The notes below the pieces were generated by a model that was given only the letters and a program-made list of their open reading frames with translations, was not told the origin of the DNA and did not search any database. This document shows, piece by piece, positions 40,101 to 52,700 of a DNA stretch of 64,000 nucleotides. How positions within the stretch are numbered: the stretch's first letter is position 1; each line of letters opens with the position of its first letter. Position numbers and translations under genes: made by a program. Origin of the DNA: a virus (lineage: Duplodnaviria; Caudoviricetes); the IMG/VR virus record IMGVR_UViG_3300022591_000002. The stretch is one strand, 5' to 3'.

Positions 40101-40659
40101 CATTAAAAATGCTCCTGTAGCAGGTAACGGATTTACTAATATTACTCGTCCTTGGGCATTATATGTAAACAACGGTAAAGTGTATGTTGGCGATAGCTCT
40201 TCAAGTAGCGGTCCTTCAACAGGCGCATTGGTTGTTAACGGTGGTGCTGGTATTGGCGGCGATTTAAACGTACAAGGCAATGGCGATTTCAACGGAAACT
40301 ACTTAAACGTAGGCAACAGCGAAATCTACACTTACACAAGCCCAACTGTAAGTGCGCAAGCTCAGTTAAGTTTAGATAGTTTTGCTATTGCAAACTATCA
40401 AAGTGCCAAGTATTTTGTACAGGTTGCTGATGTAACAGCAGTTGGACAGCCTAACAAGATGTACGTTAGCGAGTTGATTGTGTTCCATGATGGACTAAAC
40501 AGCGTTTATATCACTGAATACGGCATGACATCAAACTTTGGAGATTTGGGATCATTTGACGCCCAACTAAGCGGAGCGATTGTAACCCTAACATTTACTC
40601 CGAATTATACTCCAACAGCCCTAACTGTTAAGGTGCATAGAACTACTCTAAGCAGATAA
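34114..40659 (+). CDS. Long tail-fibre or adhesin-like protein (2181 aa)
   Basis: More than 15 copies of STSTTTGA(L/V)VVxGGVGIG; T/G/S/V-rich; C-terminal LDSF...SAKYFVQV...ELIVFHDG..VYITEYG module. Confidence 0.75.
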   Translation: MPALLSGSKATTKSGSLSPLRYQFITLAQAQAALGATPSLTTGYTIVVGANGVATFTNSLGNIGFTSGTITSQTTDGNLVLNPSGTGTITLNGPVNIPQGIIGNGFKTEAKVATTGPITINTSTSTVTYDGVDLTYLDRIVVRAQVDPTENGIYVVQTATLIGATTASSAITLVRSSDANTNNQMAHAAIPVIAGNTYGRTLFFTTFRKIDALGTDPVFWSEIIDDVSTQTIYNKVIENANIGVRQPGTGQFTILTATTFNVNAFTVTGAFTVLGAVKMDPVNANVEISPTGTGTVTISAGNVGNIDNMIIGNNVPRPATFTNLQATTQIFVASTTDSTSTTTGAVVVTGGVGIGKNLTIGGNLTLSGAGGQAQGGIAAGSITTTNLTVTGPSVFYTTTNSTSTTTGALVIAGGVGIAQDLVLGGQLVFSGQGNQLRVSTLGVTSSTNSTSTTTGAAVVTGGVGIGGDVWIGGQLHFAGNGGDLTLSTLSVSSTTNSTSTTTGAITVAGGVGIAKDLVLGGNLTFSGTAGTINAQQVIVSGTQTSTSTTTGALVVTGGVGIGKDVFIGGNLNLGGALQFGNSFTATFVSIHVTSTASDTSNFLNNALYVEGGISTKKDLSVYGNTVISGNLTVLGTQTIVDSQNTYVIDPVIDIGTGINNTPLPSNDGLDRGLLLHYNTGATSATDNHAFLGRDASTGFLAYKVNIYPGGYENFPATFASTGTFGTAQFGGLRLVGGSVAVSTNTGDLQVLGGIGVTGNSYLAGKITLANSSANSTQTLNHALILTSGGVGVAGDSYFGGIVGFGNATASSSPSTGAVTVTGGLGVVGNSSLGGPVRIYASTSATSTGTGALIVAGGAGFNGDIYAHKIYTDAGLTQLANFNGGTISDPLIQSNSTTATSTSNAALVVYGGVGIGQNLIVGGTITANILYSGGAQVLTTATPTGFDGGVIHYPLVIGDPNNLLNTTALTLNSIVESYNTQSGAMISYGGLGVAKSVHIGGTLSREGDYKTYNWADRGVSLNLPSALYYDIDGLGTYTSLNATFIDVPVFDSAYTTLYSTASTVYIGGAPVSNSSNLRISKAYSLYVNSGTVYIGDTATNALTIAGGVSVGGSFVVTDTIRASAIYDNNIRVISTVNLTAGTGLSGGGTVTGPVAVLTLTNAGVLTNTAGAGIAVNTATGNVTITNTGVLSAVAGTAININTSTGNITISNIGVTNVTAGSGISLSTSTGSVAIASIDTLQLVTARGAVTDRPLTLTSTGTALNVYNTATIGGSLTVGSSATVGTLFAGTSTLGSLTVNGTALISGNLVVQGAQTIINSTQTSLEDPVIDIGTGANNTALTTDDGYDKGILVHYNTGASTAADNHAFIGMEHATRKLTFRTNIYPGGFENVPNPYSSTGTVGGAIFSDLHLVGGVASTSPTTGDLVVDGGIGVAGNSTFGGQITFANPTNTISTQTGAVQIQGGLGINKDVYIGGSLILNGFLISTASNFNGGTVYKDIVSNSLTPSTSTTTGAIVITSPGGLGVGGDVNVGGYINASAIYQNGQPLSTNISLALGPGLSGGTRTTASGVTIALTNTGLTNLAAGTGIQLSTTTGALVTITNIGVQSITVGVGIGAIGTVPGASTSTGSVRLVNLGVTSATAGTGINIDQSTGSITISNIGVQSIQAVGSGITLSTSTGSLFIANAGVTAISAGTDTYVSAATGAVTVWSYATLQSVTDHGSTTTNTIVINNATSSTNVNNGALVVGGGVGIAQNLFVGANATVIGTLTAPNAVIADYTFTGSSITALANDGALFNVPGNAGSITLQAASVNVSAATSATISSPNATITGIANFTNVTTATSTTTGAVKIAGGVSVGNNLYVHGTILAEGGYLGLNPDKIFASTSSVTVVDTGSAVQQVFVSVGGTTSTQFFKDSVSVNVPLYTGNIISTGTITRSGTVIRGAWGQSGVGLAVLDATYNDTNSQGVVGSAHINVFGQPTISATSGISTTYNDVATLYIKNAPVAGNGFTNITRPWALYVNNGKVYVGDSSSSSGPSTGALVVNGGAGIGGDLNVQGNGDFNGNYLNVGNSEIYTYTSPTVSAQAQLSLDSFAIANYQSAKYFVQVADVTAVGQPNKMYVSELIVFHDGLNSVYITEYGMTSNFGDLGSFDAQLSGAIVTLTFTPNYTPTALTVKVHRTTLSR

Positions 40660-40730
40660 AACACCAAGTTTCCCTTTCTTTGGTAAATAGTTGATACAGC
40701 AATTATTGCCATACGTGGAGAGGGAAACTA

Positions 40731-43700
40731 ATGGCTTACAATGACGATTTCATAGTCAAGAATGGTCTTGTGGTTCGTGCCACAAACCTAGCAAACTACA
40801 ATTCAACTAGCACTCAAACAGGTGCAATCACTACACCAGGTGGAGCAGGCATTGGCGGAAACGTCTTTGTTGGCGGCCAGCTTAACGTTCTTACATCTGC
40901 TACATTAGCAGAATTACGAGTAAGTGACGTAGCTAAAGTCCTTAGCTCTGCAATTAACACAGCAACTATTTCCCCAGACGGTAACGCACTACAAGTTACT
41001 GGTGGTATCTACGCTGGCAGTATTAACATTGGTGGCTTGGGCTTTATTAAAGGCTCTCAGATTTTAACACAAGCTGACGGTTTCAAAGGTGGTGTCATCT
41101 CTGATCCGTTGGTTATTAACACAAATACCAACTCAACATCAACTACAACTGGTGCATTAAGTACACCGGGCGGTATTGGTATTGGACGAGATTTATGGGT
41201 TGGCGGATTTATCAGCGCAACCAACGCAATCTATAGCTTAGGCTATCAGGTTCCTACATTATTAACTGTACAAGCTGGTACAGGTTTAGCAGGTGGCGGC
41301 ACATTAAGTGCTACCAATGCTACAATTACTCTAAGCAACGCAGGTGTTCTAAGCCTAACTGGTGGCACAGGTATTAACGTTAATACCGCTACTGGTAATA
41401 TTACAATTACTAACATTGGTGTTCAGCAGGTCACAGCCGGTAGCGACATTCAATTAAGTAGTAACACTGGTAGCGTTTTAATCAGCGACATTAGCACACT
41501 ACAAAGTGTAACTACTCGCGGCAATAACACCAATCAGATTATAAATGTTCTTAACTGGACATCAAGCACCGGTGTTTATAACACAACATCAAACGCATTT
41601 AACGTTTTAGGTGGCGCAAGTTTTGGTAGCATTAACGTTGCTAATACTAGCTATCAGGGTGGCGCACAGATTGTTACAACAAGTACTATCAATCAGTTCA
41701 TTGGTGGTACAATTCAAAACCCATTACGTGTTGCTAACTCTACAACATCAGTAAGCACACAAACTGGTGCTCTAATTGTCGATGGTGGCGTTGGTATTGG
41801 TCAAGATGTTTACATTGGTAAAACATTAAACGTAGCAGGCAATGCTACTATATATGGAAGTCTAAGCGTATTAGGAACTTACACCGTTGTTACTGTTAAC
41901 TCTACAGAAACATTTATTGTAAGCCCGTTAGTTGATATTGGTACAGGCAGAGACAATGCACCATTAACAATTAATGATACATTTGATCGCGGTATTGTTG
42001 TTCACTATAACACAGGTTCAAATACAACATTTGATAACCACGCATTCTTTGGTCGTGTAAGTGCTAGTGGCGAATTTACATACTTAACAGATGTTCAGCC
42101 AGGCGGCCTAACAGAAATATTAACCAATCCACTTGCAGGCGGCAACTTAGGTACAGCTAAGTTTGGTCAATTAAAACTTGCAGGCGGAACACCTGCTACT
42201 GGTTATGGTACAGGTGACTTAATTGTTACAGGTGGCGGTAGCTTTAATGGCAGTTTATACTCTACTGCAATCTACGACTATGGTCGTAGAGTTTTAAACA
42301 ATGCAAGTATTGTTGGATCAGTTGGTGTTGGTGTTGGTGTAACAACTACTGCTAGCGGCGTTACAATATCTTTGACTAACACAGGTGTTACTTCTATTAT
42401 TCCTGGTACAGGAATTTTAGCTAATGGTACTGTTAATAGTCAGACAGGTGTTGTTACTATTGCTAACAGCGGTGTCCTAAGTATTTTACAAGCCGCCGGT
42501 CAAGACAGCGATATTGGTTTAACATGGTCAACAGGCAATGCTGGTAACGTTTTAATTACCAACCAAGCAACACTAGCAACAGTTACTCGTCGTGGAAATA
42601 CAAGCTCTTATCAAATCATTCTAAGCAATGCTGGTCAGAGTGTTACAAATTCATCTACTAACGCATTATATCTATCTGGCAAAGGTGGTATCTATGCTGG
42701 TAGCATTATGCTCGAAACTACCAGTACAATTAATGGTAGTGAAATTCTAACAACAGCTACAATTAATCAAAGTTTGGGCGGTATTATTCCAAACCCAATA
42801 CATATTACTAGTGCTGTTGGTTCTGTAAGTACACAAACTGGTGCTCTAATTGTTGACGGCGGCGTTGGCTTTGAGAAGAATTTAAATGTTCAAGGTCCAG
42901 TTGTTATCAACCAGAGCTTGTCAGTATTGGCAGGAGTTAGCTCATTTGCAGGCGACACCAGTGTAGGCGGAAATCTTTACACAACTGGTACACAATTTGT
43001 TGGAACTATTACAAGTCCTAATGCAAACTTGTATCTAAATACAGTTCCAGGCACAGGCAATGTTTATGCTAACAGCGTTAATTTAAATTATTCATTAGCT
43101 AACGTATACTATGTTCAATCTAACGGTAGTGACAGTAATGATGGTCTAAGAGCATCTACTGCATTCTTAACAGTAGCAAAAGCTCTAAGTGTTGTAACAA
43201 GCGGCGGAACTGTATTAATTGGTCCAGGTACGTTCACTGAAAACTTCCCATTAACTATTCCTCAAGGTGTAACAGTTAAGGGTGCAGGACTTCGTGCTAC
43301 AGTTATTCAACCAACAAGTGGTTCAAATACACAAGACGGTTTCTTACTAAATGGTGAAACTACTCTAAGCGACCTTGTAGTATCAGGATACTACAATCCA
43401 GGTTACGGTGTAAAATTTGCGACAAATGCAAAAATTACAACTAAGAGTCCATACGTTGAGCGTGTAAGTTTCATCACCAAAGGTACAACAACAAGTTCGA
43501 CCGACCCTTACGGCTATGCGGCTGGTAATGCTGGTAACGGTGCAAAATTAGACGGTAGCGTTTTAAATTCAAGTTCATTAGAACCAACAATGTTGTTCAA
43601 TGAAGTAACATTCATTGTTCCAAACGCAACTGGTATGTACATGACTAACGGTGTACGTGCAGAATTGCTAAACGGCTTCTTCTATTTTGCAAGCAAAGCA

Positions 43701-46700
43701 GTTAACGCAGTAGCAGGATCAACTGGTTACGGCGGTACAGGTAGAACAAGATTAAAATTATCTCAAGTTGCAGGCACATTTACTGCCGGCGACACAATGT
43801 ACTATTCAGATCCACAAGGCAACATTTTAGGTAGCGGAGTAATTGCGGCTAATGATGGCACATACGTTTATCTAAATGGTCCAGCTTGGGGCTTTAGAAC
43901 ATCGAGTAATGGTACAGCAAAAGTTGTTACTCCATTTGGAGCCGTACAAACATCAACTAGCAACTACAAATTCAGTACAGCTAGTGCATTGTTTAACAGC
44001 GCAACAAGCGACTATCTACAGATCCTTAGCGACAGTACAATGCAATTTGGTACTGGAGCATATACAGTTGAATGTTGGGTTTACGTAACATCAATTGGTG
44101 CTACACAAACAATTTTTCAAAAGGGAAATCCAAATACCCCAGCAACAAGTTTTGGTTTAAGAATCAGTGCATCGGGTGTGCTAGTAGGTACAGACGGTAG
44201 TGCAGTATTAACTGGTTCAACTACACTAACAACAGGTGCATGGCACCATGTTGCCCTTGTTCGTGATACAAACAGCAACAAGGCTACTGTATTCTTAGAC
44301 GGTAATATTGAAGCAAGTCAAACTGGAGTTACTTACAGCGTAAGCAACACAGATCCATTTGACATTGGTGGTGATTCTACAAATGGCCAATGGTACTTCA
44401 CTGGTAACATTGATGAATTCCGTGTAAGTAGTGTTGTTCGTTATACAAGTTCCTTTACACTAGCAAGTAATCCGTTTGGATATGATTCTGTTACTGTGTT
44501 CTTAATGCACATGAACGGCGCCAACGGCGGCACACAGTTTGATACTGATGCTACAGAAACACAAAATGTTTACTCTATTGGTAACAGTCCTGCAAGTGCT
44601 AAAAATATTGCTCTAGCAGACTACCATCAGTTTGGTGCTGAACTACGTTGTATTGGTAGTGCGGCAGTCTTTGGTAACCAAGGTGTTATTGCCAATGGTA
44701 CTGGTACAGACTTAAAACTAATCAGCTTCAACATGAGCTTTGTTGGAGCAGGCGGCGACATTACAGATGATGCAAGTTTAACAGTACAAGCCAACGAAGT
44801 ATTACAACAAAACGGAGGTAAAGTATTCTATCAAACAGTTGACCAAAGCGGTGACTTCCGTGTTGGCAATAGTTTCTATGTTAACCAAAACACAGGTGCA
44901 GTTAGCTTTGGTAATGCAAACTTAAACTTAACAAGTTTAGCAAGCCTATTGATTAGCAACGGCACAAACTCAACAAGTATTTTACCAGGTAGCGTACAAG
45001 CCGGTGAAATGTTAATCAGTGGTAACACACTAGGTAGTGCGGCTGGTAACATTAATATCAACCCAGCTGGTACAATGACTATTGTACAAAGTAACTTACA
45101 AGTTAACGGCAATTTTAGTGTTCAAAATTTAGTAGTTCCAGGTAGTGCAGATTCAACATCAACAACTACTGGTGCTATTCAAGTTGTAGGTGGTATTGGT
45201 GTTGGTCAAAGTATATTTGTTGGAAGCACATTATCAAGCACAACAACTGTAGCCGGTAACGCAATCACAGTTAATACCGGTGGTATCGGTGCGCAAACAT
45301 TATACATTGCTAGCTATGGTTACATCGGCAATGCTAAGATTGTTACAACAGCTACCATTGGTTCAGCACTTGGTGGTATTGTTCCTAATGCATTACACAT
45401 TACAAACTTAGGCCAGTCAACTAGCACAACAACTGGTGCATTGGTTGTAGATGGTGGCGTAGGTATTGGTGGCAATTTAACAATTGGTGGTAACTTAAAT
45501 CTATTAGGCGGTGGTTCTGTATTAACAAACATCACTGCTACTACTGACAACTACATTGGTGCAAGTGTAACTAAATCAGGTACTACTTCAACAATCAACA
45601 TTGTTAACTTAGGTGTTCAATCGTTGTTTGGTGGCTCTGATATTTCTTTATCATCAAACACTGGTACTATTACTGTTAACAACGTAAGTACACTTGATAC
45701 AGTTCTTGGCAGAGGTAGTTCGTCAGCTCAAGCTGTTTCATTAACAAATGCAAGCGTTAGCACAACTACTATTGCAGGTAATGCATTAGCAGTAACTGGC
45801 GGCATTGGTGCATCAAACTTATATATTAGTAATGCTGGTTTCATTGGCGGATCACAAATTGTAACATCTTCTACAATTGGTACACTAGTTGGCGGGCAAG
45901 CAATTACCAATCCGTTACAAATTACTAGCACATCATCGACTGCATTAAATATTCCTAACGGCGGCGCCTATGTTGGCGGCAACGTTGTAATTGGCGGCAG
46001 TTTAAACGTTGCAGGTACTGTTACAAGTATCAACAGCACAAGTGTTGACATTGGTAACAAAGTTGTATTCTTAAGCACATTATCTGCAAGTTCGATATTA
46101 GCACAAGGTGCTGGTATTGTTATAGGTAAAGATGACGGCATTGAAGCCGACCGTTGGGCAAGTTTATTATTTGATGGTCAAGGTGGCGGTTATGGTGGTA
46201 ACTGGATTAGTAAAGGCGGATTTGTTCCGTCCGCAGACAACTACTTTGATTTAGGTTCTAATGCTACTCAATGGCAGAATCTATATGTTAAGACTGTAAA
46301 CTTTAACGCCGCAGTATCTACAAGTACAGTATTCAACACCGCAACTATTGCAGGCAACAGCATTGCAACAACTGGTGGTATCAGTGCGGCGCACTTATAC
46401 TTGAGTCAAGACGGTTGGATTGGTACAGCACGTATTATTACAACTGCTAACTTAGGTAGCTACACAACCGTATTTGATGGCGGCACAATTCATAGTCCGT
46501 TAATTGAACTAGACCCAACACAGTCTGCAAGTACAGCAACAGGCGCCCTACAAGTAGTAGGTGGTGCAGGTATTGGTAAGAATTTATATGTTGGTGGCAA
46601 CTCAATCCACTTAGGTAACGTATACACAACTGGTACAACATTTGCTTCTGCAATTTACGACAATAACAATCGTGTTATTACTGCTATCAACGTAAATGCA

Positions 46701-49700
46701 GGTACAGGTATTAGTTTAAGTACAGCACAGTTAACAGGTCCGTCTGCTACATTAACAATAACAAACGTTGGTGTAACAGCAATCACAGTAGGTGCTGGTC
46801 TAAGTGTAAATCAATCAACCGGTACAGTTAACATTGTTAACACTGGTGTTACAAGTATTACCGCAGGAACAGATATTGTAGTTTCAGCAAGTGCTGGCGA
46901 TATTACAATCTCAGATACAAGTACACTTGATTCAGTAACACAGCGCGGTGCTACTACAACTGCTACTGTTGTATTCAACAACGCGGCATTTACAACTACA
47001 AGTATTGCAGGCAACGCAGTTCAAGTAACAGGCGGCCTTGGTGTTAATAACTTGTATGTACAAACAAGCGGTTATATCAACGGCGCACAAATTGTTACAA
47101 CATCAACATTGAACAGTTTCAGTGGCGGTGATATTAACAACGCACTACGTATTACTAATGCAACAGAAGCATCAAGCACACAAACAGGTGCATTCCAAGT
47201 TGTTGGTGGTGCTGGTTTTGGTAAGAGCGTATGGGTAGGCAAAGACCTACACGTATTAGGTGATCTATACATTGACGGAGTTAACACAATCGTTAACTCA
47301 ACTAGCATCCAGACTGGCGATAAGACAATTAGTCTAAGTACAGCTTCATTAGTATCTGGAAATGCTACAGGTGCTGGTATCAAGATTGGTCCAAGCACAA
47401 GTTCATATGCTACATTCTTGTTTGACGGTAATTCAAGCTGGTCATCAGGTGCATCAGTAGTTCCTGCAACAAGTCTAAACTATAACTTAGGTTCTCCAAG
47501 TCTAGTTTGGAGTAACGTATATTCAGCTAACGCAATTATTTCAGCAAATACACAAGCTACTACAACGCAAACCGGTTCATTACAGCTTGCAGGCGGCGCA
47601 GGTATTGGTAAACAAGTAGTTGTTGGTGAAACAGTTAACATCCTTGGCAACTATTCTAACACAACAACACAAGCTGGTAACAGTTTAGGTGTTGCAGGTG
47701 GCGGTTACTTTGGTGGAACATTGAATGTTCAACAAGGTGCATGGGTTGGTGGATCACAAGTTGTTACAACTTACAACCCATTTGACACAATCTTCATAAG
47801 TCAAACACAATCAACAAACACACAAAGTGGTGCATTCCAAGTTGTAGGCGGTGTTGGTATTGGCGCTAACTTAAACGTTGGTGGCCTAGTAAGTATTGCC
47901 AATAATACAGAAAGTACAACTACACCTAGTTCTAACGCACTTGTAGTTACCGGTGGTATCTACGCTGACATGATCAACATCAATACAATTGGTGTTATCA
48001 ACGGTGGTATAATTATCACAACAGCAACCATTGGTAACTTTGCGTTCAACGGTGGTGTAATCAATAAACCAATTAACATTACTACAACTACCGTAGCATC
48101 TAGCAGTATTACTGGTGCGTTAACTGTAACAGGTGGTGTTGGTATTGGTGGCGCAACATTTGCTTACGGTACATTTACAAGTCAGACAACAGCATCATTT
48201 AGATATATCCAAATGAGTACTGCCACAATTACTGGCGTGTTCTCAAGCACAAGTGCTTTATCTAATACATCAACTATTGTTGGTAACGCAATTCAAGTTG
48301 CTGGCGGTATTGGTACAAACTACCTAAACATCAAGACAGCAGGTTGGTTAAATGGTAGCCCAATTCTAACAGCTAACACATTGAATAGTTACTCTGGTGG
48401 TACTATTAACAATGCGTTGATTATCAACACAGCAACACAATCTCTAAACACAACAACTGGTGCTTTACAAGTTGTTGATGGTGGTGTTGGTGTTGGCGGC
48501 AATATGTGGATTGGCGGAAGCTATAACTTTATTGATCCAACATTTACTGCACAAGGTTACTTTGGTCCATCAGTTGATTTGTCAACTGTACAGATGGGTG
48601 CGTTTGCAAACTTACCAGCAGTTATCCTTTCTAATAACGCAGAAGTAGCAAGATTCAAAACTGGCTTAACTGGATTTGGTAATAACAATCCAGTCTTTGG
48701 TTTAGACTTAGTTTCTCCTAGCGCACAAGCAGGTTCTGCAAATACAATCAGTAACATGTTGAGCTTAGTTTCAACTAACTGGCAAGCTAACTTCAGTGCA
48801 GATGTACCAACATTTGAAATTACACAAACAAGTCGCGATAGTGGCAACACATTTGAAAACTGGATTTCAGTTGGTGAACAAGCCGCAGGTGTTGCACAGG
48901 CATTAGTATTTGCAGGCGGTAACTATTATAACAATGGTGGAACTCCAACTGTAACTGAATGGGCAAGATTTACTCCTGCTGGCAACTTTGTTGCACAGAA
49001 TCAAATTCAAGCACAAACAGAAGTTATTAACAGCTCTAACAACAGCACAAGTACAATCGCAGGTAATGCGTTACAAGTTACTGGTGGTATTGGAGCCGCA
49101 AAACTATATCTAAGTCAAGAAGGTTGGATTGCTGGTGGTAAGATTATTACAACAGCAAATGCTAGCTCTATTGCGTTCAACGGCGGAACAATTACAACTC
49201 CGTTGTACATTAATACAACAACACAATCTAGTTCAAACATCACAGGTGCTTTAAGAGTACAAGGTGGTGCAGGTATACTACTAAACTTGAACGTTGGCGG
49301 TGTTGCATCAATGAACGGTGGTTTAGTAAGTGTCAACAACACATTTACTAACATTAACACTATTACATTAGGTAGCTTAAACGTTGGCGGTAACGTAACA
49401 TTTACAACTAGCACAGCGGCCGCAGGCGTTACAGCAGGTAATGCAGGCGTTGTAGTAACCGGCGGTGTTGGTATCAACAAGAACTTAATTGTAAACGATA
49501 CTGCAACAGTATTAAGCTCAATAGCAAGCACAACAACTATTGCAGGTAACGCATTACAAGTTACTGGCGGTATTGGTGGTAAGAGCATTTACTTAACAGA
49601 CGTTGGTTATATCAACGGCGCACAAATTGTTACAAGTTCTACAATCAATGCATTCAGCGGTGGATCAATTTCTAATGCATTGAACCTATCTAACTTAACA

Positions 49701-52700
49701 AATGCAGTTAACACATCAACTGGTGCGTTAACAGTAGCAGGCGGTGTTGGTATTGGTCAGGACCTATGGGTAGGTGGAGGTTTACACCTATTAGGCGATC
49801 TATTTGTAGATGGCACACAGACTATCATTGACAGCACACGTATTCAAACTGGTGACAAAGTAATTTATCTAAGCACTGGTTCGGCAAACGCTACTCTTGC
49901 AAGTGGTTCAGGTCTTGCAATTGGTGCTCCGGGTACTGTATTTGCAAGTTTACAATTTGACGGTATTAGCACATGGCAATCTGGTGCAAACTTATCTCCA
50001 ACAACAAGTGGCGGATTTAACTTAGGTAGCGCATCACTTCCATGGAACACAGAATACGTTCAATTCTCAAGAATTAACGGCGGTACACAATCGACAACTG
50101 CAACCAACGGTACACTAGTTGTAACTGGAGGTGTTGGTGTAAGTGGAAACTTAAACATTGGTACAAGTGCTACAATCGCAAGTCAATTGTTTAACCTAGC
50201 ACAAGCTAACGTAACACAGAACGCATTATATGTAGCAGGCGGCATTGGCGCACAATACTTAAACATTGCTAATACTGGTTATGTTGCAGGTAGCCCAATT
50301 ATTACAGCGGCTAACATTGCAGGCTATCAGTTCAGCGGTGGTACAATCACTGGTATCTTAACAAGTACAAACACAACAAGTTCGTTATCAACACAAACTG
50401 GTGCTGTACAAATTAGAGGTGGTATTGCTACAGGCGACAACTTATGGGTTGGCAATGCCGCAATGATCTTAGGCACAACATCAAGTGCAGTATCAACAAC
50501 AAGCAACGCATTGCAAGTTGTAGGTGGCATTGGTGCTTACAGTATCTATCTAGCAAACAACGGTTACATTAACGGATCACAAATTGTTACAGCGGCAACA
50601 ATTAACAATTTCTCCGGCGGTACAATTAACAGTTCATTAACAGTTAATAGTTCTACACAAGCAGTAAGCACAACAACTGGTGCCTTCCAAGTCACAAACG
50701 GTGGTATTGGTATTGGTGGTAACATTTGGGCAGGTGGCTACATTAACGTTGGCGGAACTGCTAACCAAGCAGTTACACTAGGTACAACAGCTACAGGTAG
50801 CTTACAAGTCTTAGGTGGCGCAAGTATTACTGGTGGTATGAACATTGGTGGTTCAACTTACTTTGCACAGAAAGTAGGTATTGGTACAATTACTCCAGGT
50901 GTAAGCCCAGGTGCCGCAACATTAGAAGTTAACGGTGACGCAGTATTTGGCGCAGGCAACAGCTCACGTGTACAAATTACTAACGGTGGCGGCTCAAACG
51001 CAATTTACGAAGTTCAAGGTAGTGAAACAGGCTATCGTTGGCAAATTGGTAGTAACCTAGTTACTATTGGTGTTGCCGGTATGGGCTTCATGAACCAGAA
51101 CCAAACACTATCAGGTGGTGGTGTTGCAATTGGTGCAGTAAGTGGTGCATCTGGCAACTTAGGTTTATATACATCAAACGGTAGTGCGTTAACATTACGT
51201 GTACAAGTTGATACTTCTGGTAAGATGATTATTGGCGGTAGTGGTCCAACTACTCCGTTAGCTAAGTTAGACGTTCGCGGTGATTTACGTTTACAATCTG
51301 GAAATACAGAACACGTTATCCTATCAAACGGTGCAAGCCAGTACGTTGCTGTTGACTTTACAAGAACTAACACAGGTAACTCAGCAGACTTCCGTGTTGC
51401 AATTAACGGTAGCGCAGGTAACTTTAGTCCTAACGCACAAGCAGGCGATGCAACATTAAGCTTCTCTAGCAACATTTATTTTGCTAACCAGAACACATAC
51501 GAAGTAGCTAAAATTACTCCAACAGGATTAGTAATTACAACAGCTACAGTAGCAAGTTCTGCAAGCTCAGGTGCTTTGCAAGTACAAGGTGGTGCAGGTG
51601 TAACAGGTAACTTCTACGTAGGTTCTGCTTCAAGCTTCACTGGCGCAGTTTATGTTGCGTCAGCAGTTGCTACTACAAGTAGTAAATCACCTAACGCATT
51701 AGTTGTTGCTGGTGGTATTGGTGCCGCAAGTCTATGGTTAGATAACCCAGGTTGGATTAACGGCTATCAAATTGTTACAACAGCTAACATTGGTTCGTTT
51801 ACTGGTGCGTTCAACGGCGGTACTGTAACTAACCCAATTTACATTAACAACACAACTAACGCAACATCAACAAGCACAGGTGCGTTATACACAGTAGGTG
51901 GTATTGCATCATCTAAAGATTTGTGGGTCGGCGGCAATGCCACAGTAGTTGGTTCAACAACACTACAATCTACATTAGGTGTAAGCGGTGTTGCAACCGT
52001 TTACAGCACAGCGTCTAGCACAGTTGGTACAGCAAGCAACGCATTAGTTGTTATTGGTGGACTAGGTGTTGCAAGTACAATTTACTCAACAGGCGACCAT
52101 TACATTGGTGGTATGCGTGTTGGTTTAGGTGGGGGCGCAGTAGCAAGTAACGTTGCAATTGGTGCTGGTGCAATGACATCAGCGGCCAGCGGAACATATA
52201 ACATTGGTATTGGTTCTAACGCTTTAACAAGTTTAAGCTCTGGTAACTACAACATTGGTATTGGCTTACAAGCCCTACAAAATGCTGGTGCTACAGTTAA
52301 TAACGTAGCAATCGGTACACAGGCAATGAACGGTGGTTCACCAGGTAGCTCAGGTGTTGCAGTTGGTTACCAAGCAGGTCAGTATGCACAAGGTAACTAT
52401 ATTGTTGCTATTGGTCAAGGCGCACTAGCTGGTGCTGGTGTAACTAACGCAGGTTCAAGCAACATTGGTATTGGTTATCAAGCAGGTAACGTTATTACTA
52501 GCGGTGGCAGAAACATAATTCTTGGTTATCAAGCTGGTCTAACATTAGCTGGCGGATCACAGAACGTATTAGTCGGTTACCAAGCTGGTCAATCAATTAC
52601 ATCGGGTGGCAACAACGTTGTTATTGGTGGCAACAATGGTAGCGGTATTAGTTCAAGTAATAACAACGTTATTATTTCCGACGGTTCTGGCAACATTGTA

